64,000 nt of DNA from Ornithinimicrobium sp. (GCF_035267225.1 NZ_DATFMA010000052.1:18797-82796); one strand, 5' to 3'; counted from the first letter of the stretch, positions 18,211 to 28,332 are shown. Program-made: numbers and translations. The notes: a model not told the origin generated them from the letters alone.

Positions 18211-20532
18211 CTACTGGTCCTGCTCGGGTGAGCTGGCCGGGGCGGATGGGCGGGCCGCTTCCAACCGCACGACCAGAGACTTGGAAGTCGGCGTGTTGGA
18301 CACGTCCGCCACCGAGTCCAACGGCACCAGCACGTTGGTCTCGGGGAAGTAGGCCGCGGCACAGCCGCGGGCGGTCCGCTCGTAGGCGACCACACGGAAC
18401 GCCTCGGCCCGGCGCTCCCCGTCGTCGGCGACCGAGACGACGTCGACGACGGCGCCGTCGCGCAGGTCCAGCTCGCGAAGGTCCTGCGGGTGGACGAAGA
18501 CCACACGCCGGCCGTCGTGCACGCCGCGGTAGCGGTCGTTGAGGCCGTAGATCGTGGTGTTGTACTGGTCGTGGCTGCGCATGGTCTGCAACAGCAGATG
18601 TCCGTCCGGCACGTGGACCGAGGTCTGCTCGTTGACGGTCAGCCGGGCCTTGCCGGTGTCGGTGGGGAAGGTGCGCTCGTCGCGCACCGGGTTCGGCAGC
18701 ACGAACCCGTCACGCTGGGTGGCTCGCGCCTCGTAGTCCTCGCAGCCGGGGACGACGGCAGCGATGTGGTCGCGCACGACCGAGTAGTCCTCGCGCATCG
18801 AAGCCCAGCCGACGGGCGAGTCGGGGAAGCACGCCAGCGCCAGGGAGCAGACGATGTCGGTCTCCGAGCGCAGATGCGGGCTCACCGGGCGGACCCGACC
18901 GTAGGAGGCGTGCACCATGCTCATGGAGTCCTCCACCGTGACGAACTGCTCGATGCCCCCCGTCCTGTCGACCTCGGTGCGCCCGAACGTCGGCAGGATC
19001 AGCGCCTGTCGGCCCGTGACGGCGTGCGAGCCGTTGAGCTTGGTGGAGACGTGCACGGTGAGGTCGAGGTTGCGCAGCGCCGCCTGGGTCACCTCGGTGT
19101 CCGGGGTGGCCCGCACGAAGTTGCCCCCCATACCCATGAAGACGCGGATCGAGCCTTCGCGCATGGCGCGGATCCCGTCCACGACGTCCACGCCGTGCTC
19201 GCGTGGGCAGGTGATGCCGAAACGCTCGTCGAGGGTGTCGAGCCATGCGTCGCTCATCTGCTCCCAGATGCCCATGGTGCGGTCACCCTGGACGTTGGAG
19301 TGGCCGCGGACCGGGCACGCTCCGGCGCCGTCCTTGCCCAGGTTGCCGGTGAGCAGCAGGACGTTGACGATCTCGCGGATCGTGGCGACCGAGTTCTTGT
19401 GCTGGGTCAGCCCCATCGCCCAGCAGATGATCATGGTCTCGGCGTTGATGATCTGCGCGACGACTCGTTCGAGCTGCGTCATGGGTACGCCGGCGCCGGC
19501 CAGCAGGTCGTCCCACTGTAGTGCGTCGTAGTGCGCCGCCAGCTCGTCGTAGCCGTCGGTGTAGTCGGCGATGAAGGAGTGGTCCAGAGCGTTCTCGCCG
19601 CGGCGGTCCGCCTCGATGAGCAGCTTTCCGATCGCGGCGAAATAGGCCAGGTCGCCGTTGACCCGGATGTGGCAGTACTCGTCGGCCAGGTCCGTGCCCG
19701 CCCCGACCACCCCCGAAGGCTTCTGCGGGTTCTTGAACCGCTGCAGGCCCGCCTCGACGAGAGGGTTGATGGCCACGATCCGCCCGCCCGACCGCTTGAC
19801 GCGCTCGAGGGACGACAGCATCCGCGGGTGGTTGGTGCCTGGGTTCTGCCCGGCGATGAGGATCAGATCGGCAGTTTCGATGTCGTCGAGCGTCACCGTC
19901 CCCTTGCCCTCGCCCAGGGTCTGGGTCAATGCCGCACCGCTGGACTCGTGGCACATGTTCGAGCAGTCCGGCAGGTTGTTCGTCCCGAGCTCACGGGCAA
20001 AGAGCTGGTAGACGAAGGCAGCCTCGTTCGACGTGCGTCCCGAGGTGTAGAAGATGGCCTGGTCGGGGTCGTCGAGGCCGGTCAGGGCCTGTGCGAGCAG
20101 CGCGAAGGCGTCGTCCCAGGTGATCGGCTCGTAGTGAGAGGCGCCCTCGCGCAGCACCATGGGGCCCATGATGCGGCCCTGCTGGCCCAGCCAGTAGTCC
20201 GTCCGGGTGGCCAGCTCGGCCACCGAGTGCGCCGCGAAGAACTCCGGGGTCACTAGACGCTTGGTGGCTTCCTCGGCCACCGCCTTGGCGCCGTTCTCGC
20301 AGAACTCGGCCACGCTGCGGTCCCGCGGGTCGGGCCAGGCGCACCCCGGGCAGTCGTAGCCCCGGTGCTGGTTGAGCGCGGTCAGGGTCAGCGCCGTGCG
20401 CGTGACACCCATCTGCTGCTCCGAGTTGCGCAGGGAGGCGACGACGCCCGGCACCCCCGCCGCCCAGGACTTCGGCGTGCCGATGTCGAGGTCGCGGTCC
20501 CCGTGGTCGATCGCGGGCGGCTTCTGGGTCAT
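18211..20532 (-). CDS. FdhF/YdeP family molybdopterin oxidoreductase
   Basis: GYDCPGCAWPDP, FCENGAKA, FYTSGRTSNEAA, NNLPDCSNMCHES, PVRGHSNVQGDRT, RSHDQYNTTIYG. Confidence 0.92.
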   Translation of the reverse strand: MTQKPPAIDHGDRDLDIGTPKSWAAGVPGVVASLRNSEQQMGVTRTALTLTALNQHRGYDCPGCAWPDPRDRSVAEFCENGAKAVAEEATKRLVTPEFFAAHSVAELATRTDYWLGQQGRIMGPMVLREGASHYEPITWDDAFALLAQALTGLDDPDQAIFYTSGRTSNEAAFVYQLFARELGTNNLPDCSNMCHESSGAALTQTLGEGKGTVTLDDIETADLILIAGQNPGTNHPRMLSSLERVKRSGGRIVAINPLVEAGLQRFKNPQKPSGVVGAGTDLADEYCHIRVNGDLAYFAAIGKLLIEADRRGENALDHSFIADYTDGYDELAAHYDALQWDDLLAGAGVPMTQLERVVAQIINAETMIICWAMGLTQHKNSVATIREIVNVLLLTGNLGKDGAGACPVRGHSNVQGDRTMGIWEQMSDAWLDTLDERFGITCPREHGVDVVDGIRAMREGSIRVFMGMGGNFVRATPDTEVTQAALRNLDLTVHVSTKLNGSHAVTGRQALILPTFGRTEVDRTGGIEQFVTVEDSMSMVHASYGRVRPVSPHLRSETDIVCSLALACFPDSPVGWASMREDYSVVRDHIAAVVPGCEDYEARATQRDGFVLPNPVRDERTFPTDTGKARLTVNEQTSVHVPDGHLLLQTMRSHDQYNTTIYGLNDRYRGVHDGRRVVFVHPQDLRELDLRDGAVVDVVSVADDGERRAEAFRVVAYERTARGCAAAYFPETNVLVPLDSVADVSNTPTSKSLVVRLEAARPSAPASSPEQDQ

Positions 20533-20637
20533 GTTCGTGCCTCCTCAGGCCTGACCGCTCCAGTATGGAGCAGGGGTGGGTTCTGCCGACGACCGGCTGC
20601 TCAGGCGTCGCCAAGGCTCACGCGGCACGATGAGCGC

Positions 20638-21840
20638 ATGAGTACCTCACGCGACCTTGACCTGGTGCTGGTCGGAGCGACCGGCTTCGTCGGGCGGCTG
20701 ACCGCCGCCTACCTCGCTGCCAGCGCCCCGTCCGGGGTGCGCATCGGCCTGGCCGCCCGGTCCGGTGACCGGCTCGACAGGCTCGTCGCGCAGCTGCCCG
20801 ACCACGCGGCCTCCTGGCCGAGAGTCACGGTGGACGCCACGGACGCGTCCCAGGTGACCGACCTCGTGCGTCGGACCCGAGCGGTCGCGACCACCGTGGG
20901 CCCGTACGACCGCTACGGACACGAGCTGGTGGCTGCGTGTGCCGCCGCGGGTACCCACTACGCCGACCTCACCGGCGAGGTGCTCTTCGTGCGCAAGGTC
21001 ATCCAGCGTCATCATCGCCGGGCGCAGGACACCGGCGCGGTGATCGTGCCGTCGTGCGGCTTCGACTCGGTGCCGTCCGACCTCGCCGTCCTGCTGGCGG
21101 CCGACGCAGCGAGAGAGGACGGAGAGGGGCGGCTCGTCGAGGCCACCCTGCACGTGCGGGACGCGCGTGGGGGGATGGGCGGGGGCACCATCGACACGCT
21201 CCGAGGCCAAGTGGCCGCCATGCACGCCGACCCCGCCGCGCGACGGGTCGTGGGAGACCCGGACGCCCTGGCAGAAGCCCGCACCGCGTATGGCCGCGGT
21301 CCACGACCCATCGGCAAGGACACGGACTCCGGGCGCTGGCACGGCCCCTTCTTCATGTCGCCCTACAACACGCGGGTCGTGCGTCGTTCGTGGTCGCTGA
21401 CCGAAGGTGCGGCCCCGCTGGTCTACGAGGAGGTCGCGGACACGACGACGGGATGGAGGGGCGCGGCCACGGCCGCGGGCATCGGGCTCGGCACGGGCGC
21501 TCTTGCCGCCGTGATGGCGTTCCCGGTCACCCGGGGGCTGGCCGACCGGGTGCTGCCCTCCCCGGGCGAGGGTCCGAGCGAACGGACCCGGGCGGCGGGT
21601 CGGTTCGCGTTCGAGGTCGACGCCGTGACCACGACGGATGCGCGTTACCGCAGCCGCGTCGCCGCGCGGCTCGACCCCGGCTTCGACGCCACGGCGGTGA
21701 TGCTGGGCGAGTCCGGGCTCGCGCTGGCCTCTGGAGAGGCGGTGCAAGCAGGTGTGCTCACTCCGGCGACCGCTCTCGGGCAGACACTGCCTGACCGGCT
21801 GCGGTCGCACGGGTTCACCGTGGAGGTGACGCGGCAGTGA
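20638..21840 (+). CDS. Trans-acting enoyl reductase-like / saccharopine dehydrogenase NADP-binding domain protein
   Basis: LVGATGFVG, TTVGPYDRYG, GTHYADLTGE, CGFDSVPSD, GGVLTPA-like C-terminus. Confidence 0.8.
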   Translation: MSTSRDLDLVLVGATGFVGRLTAAYLAASAPSGVRIGLAARSGDRLDRLVAQLPDHAASWPRVTVDATDASQVTDLVRRTRAVATTVGPYDRYGHELVAACAAAGTHYADLTGEVLFVRKVIQRHHRRAQDTGAVIVPSCGFDSVPSDLAVLLAADAAREDGEGRLVEATLHVRDARGGMGGGTIDTLRGQVAAMHADPAARRVVGDPDALAEARTAYGRGPRPIGKDTDSGRWHGPFFMSPYNTRVVRRSWSLTEGAAPLVYEEVADTTTGWRGAATAAGIGLGTGALAAVMAFPVTRGLADRVLPSPGEGPSERTRAAGRFAFEVDAVTTTDARYRSRVAARLDPGFDATAVMLGESGLALASGEAVQAGVLTPATALGQTLPDRLRSHGFTVEVTRQ

Positions 21841-21859
21841 CGAGGCTCGCGGACAGCCG

Positions 21860-22585
21860 GTGAGTGAGGTCCTGGCCGAGATCTGGGCGCGAGCGACGAC
21901 TGCACAGCCGACCCCTCCTCCCCTCGTGGTGGCCCTGCTGGCCATCCTCGCCGTGGTCGCCGTGTCCAGCCCGCGTGGCTACCGGGTGGTCCGTCACGGC
22001 GTCACCGTGCTGCACGAGGTAGGGCACGCCGGCGTCGCTCTGCTGGTGGGCCGGCGTCTGTCGGGAATTCGCCTGCACTCCGACACCTCCGGGGTCACGG
22101 TCTCGCGGGGTCGAGCGCGCGGCCCGGGCATGGTCGCCACCGTGCTGGCCGGCTATCCCGCACCGTCGCTGGTTGCCCTCGCCACGACGCCAGTGCTCGG
22201 GGCCGGGTACGCAGTCGGCGTGCTCTGGGCACTCGTGGCCCTCACCGCGCTGCTGGTGGTCTTCGTGCGCAACCTCTACGGGCTCGGTGTCCTCGGGGTG
22301 GCGGGGTTCACGGTCGCGGCGGCGAGCTGGACGATGCCGGCGGTGGTGTTGTCGGGGCTGGCCTGGCTGTTGGTGTTCACGCTGCTGCTGGCGGCGCCAC
22401 GTTCGGTGCTGGAGCTGGCCGCGGATCGCGCCCGGATGTCCCGGCGGGGCTACCGCGACTCCACCTCAGACGTGGCCCAGCTGGCGGCACTGACCGGGGT
22501 GCCCGCAGCCCTGTGGGTAGGGATGCTGGGAATGGTGACCCTGGGCAGCGCTGCCGTGGGGGCCTGGCTCATGGTCGCGCCGTGA
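21860..22585 (+). CDS. M50 family (M50B-like) membrane metallopeptidase
   Basis: TVLHEVGHA zinc motif, LHSDTSGVT, AGYPAP, TSDVAQLA. Confidence 0.85.
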   Translation: MSEVLAEIWARATTAQPTPPPLVVALLAILAVVAVSSPRGYRVVRHGVTVLHEVGHAGVALLVGRRLSGIRLHSDTSGVTVSRGRARGPGMVATVLAGYPAPSLVALATTPVLGAGYAVGVLWALVALTALLVVFVRNLYGLGVLGVAGFTVAAASWTMPAVVLSGLAWLLVFTLLLAAPRSVLELAADRARMSRRGYRDSTSDVAQLAALTGVPAALWVGMLGMVTLGSAAVGAWLMVAP

Positions 22586-22639
22586 GCGGCCGGTGCCGGT
22601 AGTCGGCGCGGTTGTGCACCCGGTGTCGACGCCCGCGGG

Positions 22640-22816
22640 TCAGGGCGCGGAGTCGGAGTCCTTGTCGCAGTGCAGGTACTGCGCTTTGGCGGGTGGGGTG
22701 GTGTAGGAGCAGGCGTCGGGTACCGCGCGCTGCACGAGTACCGCCCAGCCGACGCAGAGAAGAAGGATCAGCGCCGACATTACGGCGACCAGGCGGTTCG
22801 TCAGACTCCGTCGCAC
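22640..22816 (-). CDS. Small single-TM protein with two Cys (58 aa), hypothetical
   Basis: GTG 22816 begins 1 nt after the upstream TGA; RRSLTNRLVAVMSALILLLCVGWAVLV then DACSYTTPPAKAQYLHC. Confidence 0.4.
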   Translation of the reverse strand: MRRSLTNRLVAVMSALILLLCVGWAVLVQRAVPDACSYTTPPAKAQYLHCDKDSDSAP

Positions 22817-22817
22817 G

Positions 22818-24146
22818 TCACACCATCGCGAAACGCTCGGAGTGGATGTGTTCTGCGGGCACGCCGATCTGCTGCAAGGCGCTCTCAACGGCGTCCATCA
22901 TGGGGTCGGGCCCACACAGGAAGTACTGGAACCGGTGGCGGACGTCACCGGTGGGACACAGCTCGTCCAGGAGGCCCACGTCGACACGGCCTCGGCGTCC
23001 GGCCCATCGGTCGGATGCTTCCGACAGGACGTGCACGACCGTGAGGTCGAGCCGCTCCTCGAGCTGTTCCAGCTCGGTACGCCCGATGAAGCCCTCGGCG
23101 CGGTTGCCGATGACGGCGATGCAGGGTCGTCGGTCCCCGCGGTCGGCGAGGGTCCCGAGCATCGAGAGCAGGGGAGTGATTCCCACGCCTCCGCCGACGA
23201 ACACGAACCCAGGCCCCTCGTGCTCGGCCATGGTGAATGCTCCCCACGGGCCGTCGAGGTAGACGGTGTCGCCGGGCTGGAAGTGATGCACACTCCGGGT
23301 GAACTCGCCGACGTCCTTGATCGTGAACTCCACCCACTCGTGGTTCTCCGCCGAGGAAGAGATGGAGAACGGGTGGTACGCGAGGGAGAACGGTGAGCGT
23401 CCGACGTTGATCCACGCGAACTGGCCGGCCCGGAAGGAGAACCCGCCCGGTCCGTACACCTCCGGACGTTCGGGCCGGATACGCACGGTGTGACCCAGGG
23501 GCTGCTCGGCGACGGACACCACGACCCACCGCAGTCGATGGCGGATCAGTGGCCGCACGATGCGTACCCACACGACGAGCCAGACGAAGGCCGCGGTGTA
23601 GAGCATCCACAGGGCGCGCTCCCACGGCTCGCGGATGTAGTAGCCGATGAGGATGACGTGCGCGAGGCCCAGCACGACGACGAGTGTGGCCAGGCTGACG
23701 TGGACCACCTGCCACAGCTGGTAGGACAGGCCGAACCTGCCGCGCCACAGGGAGGTGGCGATGAGCACGAGCAGCAACGCGACCGAGGCCACCGCGAACT
23801 TCGCACGCAGTGGAGCGGTGAAGACATTGAGCAGACTGAGGAAGCGGCTGTCCCAGACGAAGAGGATCAGCGGGTGCGCCAGCACGCAGAGAGCGATGAG
23901 GGGCGTCATGTTCCGGTGCACCTGGAGCGCGACGTCGTACCCGAACGGCGCGGTGACCCGGACGATCCGTGCCGCGATGACGAACTGGAGCCCCATGAGG
24001 GCGAGCCCCACGAAGCCGAGGGCGACCGAGAGGTTGACCCAGAAGCCGCGGCCCGGGTCGAGGCTGATCAGGCTGAGGACGAGCGGGGCGACGGCGACGA
24101 GGAAGTAGATGAGCACCCACAGAGGTGCGCTGACCGCACGCGGCAC
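22818..24146 (-). CDS. Ferric reductase-like transmembrane domain fused to a ferredoxin-NADP reductase (FAD/NAD-binding) domain
   Basis: Heme His residues in TM helices (VHR, AHP, VHV, AHV), HPFSISS, DGPWG, GGGVGITP, FLCGP; start approximate. Confidence 0.85.
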   Translation of the reverse strand: MPRAVSAPLWVLIYFLVAVAPLVLSLISLDPGRGFWVNLSVALGFVGLALMGLQFVIAARIVRVTAPFGYDVALQVHRNMTPLIALCVLAHPLILFVWDSRFLSLLNVFTAPLRAKFAVASVALLLVLIATSLWRGRFGLSYQLWQVVHVSLATLVVVLGLAHVILIGYYIREPWERALWMLYTAAFVWLVVWVRIVRPLIRHRLRWVVVSVAEQPLGHTVRIRPERPEVYGPGGFSFRAGQFAWINVGRSPFSLAYHPFSISSSAENHEWVEFTIKDVGEFTRSVHHFQPGDTVYLDGPWGAFTMAEHEGPGFVFVGGGVGITPLLSMLGTLADRGDRRPCIAVIGNRAEGFIGRTELEQLEERLDLTVVHVLSEASDRWAGRRGRVDVGLLDELCPTGDVRHRFQYFLCGPDPMMDAVESALQQIGVPAEHIHSERFAMV

Positions 24147-24180
24147 GACGCCCCACCCCCCCGGGTCAGTGCTTGAACGG

Positions 24181-24195
24181 CCCTCAACGTGAGGG
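24181..24195. promoter_or_regulatory. Palindrome CCCTCA-ACG-TGAGGG upstream of the ferric reductase gene
   Basis: Perfect 6-bp arms, just downstream of a minus-strand TATGCT -10-like box. Confidence 0.4.
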
Positions 24196-24336
24196 TGAGA
24201 GGAGCATAGTGGAGACGAGGGGCACGGCGCACCGGTCGGCCCCCGGGGTGGGCTGGGCGTCGCCCTCCTGCTCCTCCCTGAGGGTGCAGCCACCGACACA
24301 CCCCCGCGTGAGGAGCCTCGGCAGACCGCGGGCGCG

Positions 24337-25593
24337 TCAGAGGATGAACCGGAACATCGGGCTGTCCGGCGGGATCTGCTCGACGGTGATGGACGAGCTC
24401 CGCATCCGGGCCAGCAGGGGCCCCAGGTCAGCCGGGGAGCCCAGCTCGATGCCCACGAGCGCCGGGCCGATCTCGCGGTTGCTGCGCTTGACGTACTCGA
24501 ACAAGGCGATGTCGTCGTCCGGGCCGAGCACCTCGTCGAGGAACCTGCGCAGGGCTCCGGGCTCCTGCGGGAAGTTGACCAGGAAGTAGTGCTTCCGCCC
24601 TTCGTGGATCAGGGCGCGCTCCATCACCTCGGCGTAGCGCAGCACGTCGTTGTTGCCCCCTGAGAGCACGGCGACGACGCGCTCGCCCGGCGCGATGTCG
24701 ACCTGCTCCAACGCAGCCGCGGCCAAGGCGCCGGCCGGCTCGGCCACGATGCCTTCGGTCTGGTAGAGGGCGAGCATCTCCACACAGATGCGGCCCTCGG
24801 GCACACTGACCATGCTCGCTCCCGCCGCGCGGACCAGCGAGAAGGTCACCTCGCCGACGCGGCGCACCGCCGCACCGTCGACGAAGGGGTCGATCTCGGG
24901 GAGCAGCACCGGGCCGTCCGCCGCCAGCGCGGCCGTCATGCTCGCTGCGCCGGAGGGCTCGGCTCCGACCACCCGCAGATGAGGCGCTCGCTCGTGGGCG
25001 TACGTCGCGGCCCCGGCGAGCAGGCCCCCGCCGCCCACCGGGACGACCAGCACGTCGGCCGGCTCGGTGAGGTCCTCGGTGATCTCCCGAGCCAGGGTGC
25101 CCTGGCCGGCGATCGTCATCGGGTGGTCGAACGGCGGCACCAGCGTGATCCCGGAGTGTTCGGCGTACTCGCTGGCCGCGGTCGCGGCCGCGTCGTAGGT
25201 GTCGCCGCCGACCACGACCTCGACGTCGATGCCGCCGAGCGTCGACACCCGGTCGCGCTTCTGTCGCGGCGTCGTTCGGGGCAGGTAGATGCGGGCCGGC
25301 ACTCCCAGCTGGGCGCAGGCGAAGGCGACCCCCTGAGCGTGGTTGCCTGCGCTGGCGCACACCACACCCGCGCGCTGCTGGTCCTTGGACAGCTGCGCGA
25401 TGAAGTTGGTGGCGCCGCGGCCCTTGTAGGAGCGCACCTGCTGGAGGTCCTCACGCTTGAGCCACACGCGGGCTCCGGTCTGAGCGGAGAGGCGCTCGCT
25501 GTACGTCAGCGGGCTGCGCGCGATGCGCCCCGCCAGCCGGTCGGCGGCGGCGTCGACGTCGGCGGCGCTGACAGCAAGAGTGTCGTGCGGCAT
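24337..25593 (-). CDS. ilvA: Threonine ammonia-lyase IlvA (short form, single regulatory domain)
   Basis: LKREDLQQVRSYKGRGA, ASAGNHAQG, VGGGGL, SGGNND, FPQEPGALRRFL. Confidence 0.95.
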   Translation of the reverse strand: MPHDTLAVSAADVDAAADRLAGRIARSPLTYSERLSAQTGARVWLKREDLQQVRSYKGRGATNFIAQLSKDQQRAGVVCASAGNHAQGVAFACAQLGVPARIYLPRTTPRQKRDRVSTLGGIDVEVVVGGDTYDAAATAASEYAEHSGITLVPPFDHPMTIAGQGTLAREITEDLTEPADVLVVPVGGGGLLAGAATYAHERAPHLRVVGAEPSGAASMTAALAADGPVLLPEIDPFVDGAAVRRVGEVTFSLVRAAGASMVSVPEGRICVEMLALYQTEGIVAEPAGALAAAALEQVDIAPGERVVAVLSGGNNDVLRYAEVMERALIHEGRKHYFLVNFPQEPGALRRFLDEVLGPDDDIALFEYVKRSNREIGPALVGIELGSPADLGPLLARMRSSSITVEQIPPDSPMFRFIL

Positions 25594-25684
25594 ACCGAAA
25601 AGCGTGCCACACCCTCGGACGAGGGAATGCTGCGTCGGCGCGCAGCCAAGGGAGCGGGAACCGAGCGCAAGGCCGGCCTCCGCC

Positions 25685-26707
25685 TCAGCCGAAAAGGATG
25701 GAGGCCTCCTCGTAGCGGTGCTCGGGCACGGTCTTGAGCTGCCGGGTCGCCCGGTGCAGGGCCACGGTGCTGACGTCGATCCCGTCGAGAGAGACCATCG
25801 TGCCCCACTCGCTGTGTTGTACCGCGTCGACCGCCGCGGCGCCGAAGCGGGTGGCCAGCACGCGGTCGAAGGCGGTCGGCACCCCACCGCGCTGGAGGTA
25901 GCCGAGCATCATCGAGCGACTCTCGATCCCGGTGCGCTTCTCCAGCTCGGCCGCCAGGTACTGCCCGACGCCCCCCAGCCGCGGTCGGCCGAACCCGTCC
26001 ACGCCCCCGCTCGAGACGGCCTCGGTGTCTCCCTCGGGCACGAAGCCCTCGGCCACGACGACGACCGGGGCCCGGCCCCGGTCCTTCGCCGACTCGACCC
26101 ACCCCACGACCTCGTCCATGCCGACCCGCACCTCGGGGATGAGGATGGCGTGCGCCCCGCCCGCAAGGCCTGCGTGCAGCGCGATCCAGCCGACGTGGCG
26201 GCCCATCACCTCCACCACCATGCACCGGTGGTGGCTCTCGGCGGTGGTGCGCAGCCGGTCGATCGACTCCGTTGCGATGGCCACGGAGGTGTCGAACCCG
26301 AAGGTGTAGTCGGTCGCGGACAGGTCGTTGTCGATGGTCTTGGGCACACCGACGACCTTGACGCCGTCCTCGTGGAGCAGCTTGGCCACCGTGAGGGTGC
26401 CTTCACCACCGATGGCGATCACCGCGTCCATCTCGCGGCTCGCCATGACCTCCTTGACCCGGTCGCTGCCGCCGTGGTCGAAGGGGCTGGTGCGAGAGGT
26501 GCCCAGGATCGTCCCGCCCTGCCGGGAGAGCCCGCGCACGTCGTGACGGGGCAGGTCGCGCATGTCGTCCTCCACCAGCCCACGCCACCCGTCATGGACG
26601 CCGAGGAAAGTGTGACCGTAGATCCGGTCGCCCTTCATCACCGCCCCGCGGATCACCGAGTTCAGACCGGGGCAGTCGCCGCCGCTGGTGAGGATACCGA
26701 TGCGCAT
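25685..26707 (-). CDS. pfkA: 6-phosphofructokinase
   Basis: GILTSGGDCPGLN, GGTILGTSR, IGGEGT, PKTIDND, EVMGRHVGW. Confidence 0.95.
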   Translation of the reverse strand: MRIGILTSGGDCPGLNSVIRGAVMKGDRIYGHTFLGVHDGWRGLVEDDMRDLPRHDVRGLSRQGGTILGTSRTSPFDHGGSDRVKEVMASREMDAVIAIGGEGTLTVAKLLHEDGVKVVGVPKTIDNDLSATDYTFGFDTSVAIATESIDRLRTTAESHHRCMVVEVMGRHVGWIALHAGLAGGAHAILIPEVRVGMDEVVGWVESAKDRGRAPVVVVAEGFVPEGDTEAVSSGGVDGFGRPRLGGVGQYLAAELEKRTGIESRSMMLGYLQRGGVPTAFDRVLATRFGAAAVDAVQHSEWGTMVSLDGIDVSTVALHRATRQLKTVPEHRYEEASILFG

Positions 26708-26812
26708 CGGCTCAGTCTGGTGCCATCGCGGCGTGGGCGCCAATGTCCCCGAGCGCGTGGCCCTCAGGGCCCCCGCCAGGCCGGCCCGGAGTGATCGGGG
26801 TAGGTTCTCGCC

Positions 26813-27619
26813 GTGGCTGCGCCGGGAAAACTAGGAGACGACGAGGTCGAGGCAGAGGTGGAGGGGACGTTCGACCACAGCGTCTCCGAAGGGCGGGAGC
26901 GGCTGCACCGCTCGCTGCGCGTCATGCTGACGACCGGGTTCCTCGGTGGGGTCGAGATCGGCTTCGGGGTCCTGGCCTACCTCAGCGTCTACGACGTGAC
27001 GAAGAGCCCCTTCCTGGGTTCGATCGCCTTCGCCATCGGTTTCGCCGCGCTCTACCTCGCGCACTCAGAGCTCTTCACCGAAGGATTCTTCTACCCCATC
27101 GTCGCCATCTTCGCCGGGCAGGGCTCCATGCTGCAGCTTGCTCGTCTGTGGGGCCTGACGCTGGTAGCGAACCTCGCGGGAGGGTGGACGTTGATGTGGC
27201 TCGTCGTGCTGGCCTTCCCGAAGCTGCACGCGACCATCGCCGAGAAGTCGCGCGAGTTCGTGGACGCCCCGCTTGACCTGACCTCCATCGCGTTGGCGCT
27301 GCTCGGCGGCGGCGCGATCACTCTCATGACCCGGATGAAGGCCGGCAGCACCTCTCAGGTGGCTACCCTGGCGGCATCCCTGGCCGGTGCCTTCCTGCTG
27401 ATCGGTCTGGGTCTGTTCCACTCGATCCTGGACTCGGTGATCATCTTCGGGGCCCTGCACTCCGGCGCCGAGGGCGTGACCTACGGCAGCTGGCTCGCCT
27501 GGTTCTGGTACGTCACCCTCGCCAACGTGGTGGGCGGGCTCGCCTTGGTCACGGCGCCACGGCTGGTGCGCAGCAGCGCGCTGGTCTCGGGCAAGGCCGC
27601 CGACACGCCCCCGAGCTGA
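26813..27619 (+). CDS. Formate/nitrite transporter (FNT) family protein
   Basis: SELFTEGF, TLVANLAGG, LFHSI, TLANVVGG motifs; six TM segments. Confidence 0.8.
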   Translation: MAAPGKLGDDEVEAEVEGTFDHSVSEGRERLHRSLRVMLTTGFLGGVEIGFGVLAYLSVYDVTKSPFLGSIAFAIGFAALYLAHSELFTEGFFYPIVAIFAGQGSMLQLARLWGLTLVANLAGGWTLMWLVVLAFPKLHATIAEKSREFVDAPLDLTSIALALLGGGAITLMTRMKAGSTSQVATLAASLAGAFLLIGLGLFHSILDSVIIFGALHSGAEGVTYGSWLAWFWYVTLANVVGGLALVTAPRLVRSSALVSGKAADTPPS

Positions 27620-27729
27620 CTTCGCCGCTCCTTGGCGAGGCTGTCTGTCGTGCTGAGCCTGTGGCAGGCTGTCGCGCGAAGGCCGCACCCTCTGGCCCGC
27701 CCACCCTCCGCCCCTCAGGAGCCGCACTC

Positions 27730-28332
27730 GTGAGTACCGCAGCCGTTGCCCACCCCTCCGTTCTCGTCGACCGGCTGATCTCGCGGAGCCTGACGACCGA
27801 TATCGCGCTGGTACTGACGGGTGCGGTCGTGGTGGGGGCCCTTGCCCAGGTGAGCATCCCCATGTTCCCGGTGCCCATCACCGGTCAGACCCTGGCGGTG
27901 CTGCTGGTGGGTGGCAGTCTCGGGATGCGCCGTGGCGCGACCTCGCTGTTCACCTACCTGGTCGCCGGGGTCGCCGGGGTGCCGTGGTTCGCCGACTTCA
28001 CCGGGGGGCCGGCGGCGCTGCTCAAGCCGTCCTTCGGCTACATCATCGGCTTCGTCTTCGCCGCCGCCCTGGTCGGCTGGCTGGCCGAGCGCACCTGGGA
28101 CCGCCGTCCGGTGCTGGCGATGGCCGGGTTTCTTCTCGCCTCCCTGGTGCCCTTCCTGTTCGGCCTGCCTTACCTGGCCATGGTGACCGGGACCAGCGAC
28201 CCGGCCCTGGTCCTGGAGTACGGGTTCACCCCGTTCATCCTCGGCGGCGTGGTCAAGGCCGGTATCGCGGCCGTGGTCTTCCCCCTGGCGTGGAGCCTGG
28301 TGCGCAGGGCTGACTCACACAAGCACGGGTGA
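27730..28332 (+). CDS. bioY: Biotin transporter BioY
   Basis: PVPITGQTLAVLL, YLVAGVAGVPWFA, PSFGYIIGF, GFTPFILGGVVK. Confidence 0.9.
   Translation: MSTAAVAHPSVLVDRLISRSLTTDIALVLTGAVVVGALAQVSIPMFPVPITGQTLAVLLVGGSLGMRRGATSLFTYLVAGVAGVPWFADFTGGPAALLKPSFGYIIGFVFAAALVGWLAERTWDRRPVLAMAGFLLASLVPFLFGLPYLAMVTGTSDPALVLEYGFTPFILGGVVKAGIAAVVFPLAWSLVRRADSHKHG

Noticed and set aside
20638-21840. Second 'saccharopine dehydrogenase'-labelled gene as part of a lysine pathway with 980..2047
   Set aside because: It belongs to the unrelated NADP-binding/trans-acting enoyl reductase-like family and is 18 kb away; the shared name is not evidence of a pathway.
27620-27729. BioQ/BirA operator upstream of bioY
   Set aside because: No TGAAC-N3-GTTCA-like palindrome found by eye.
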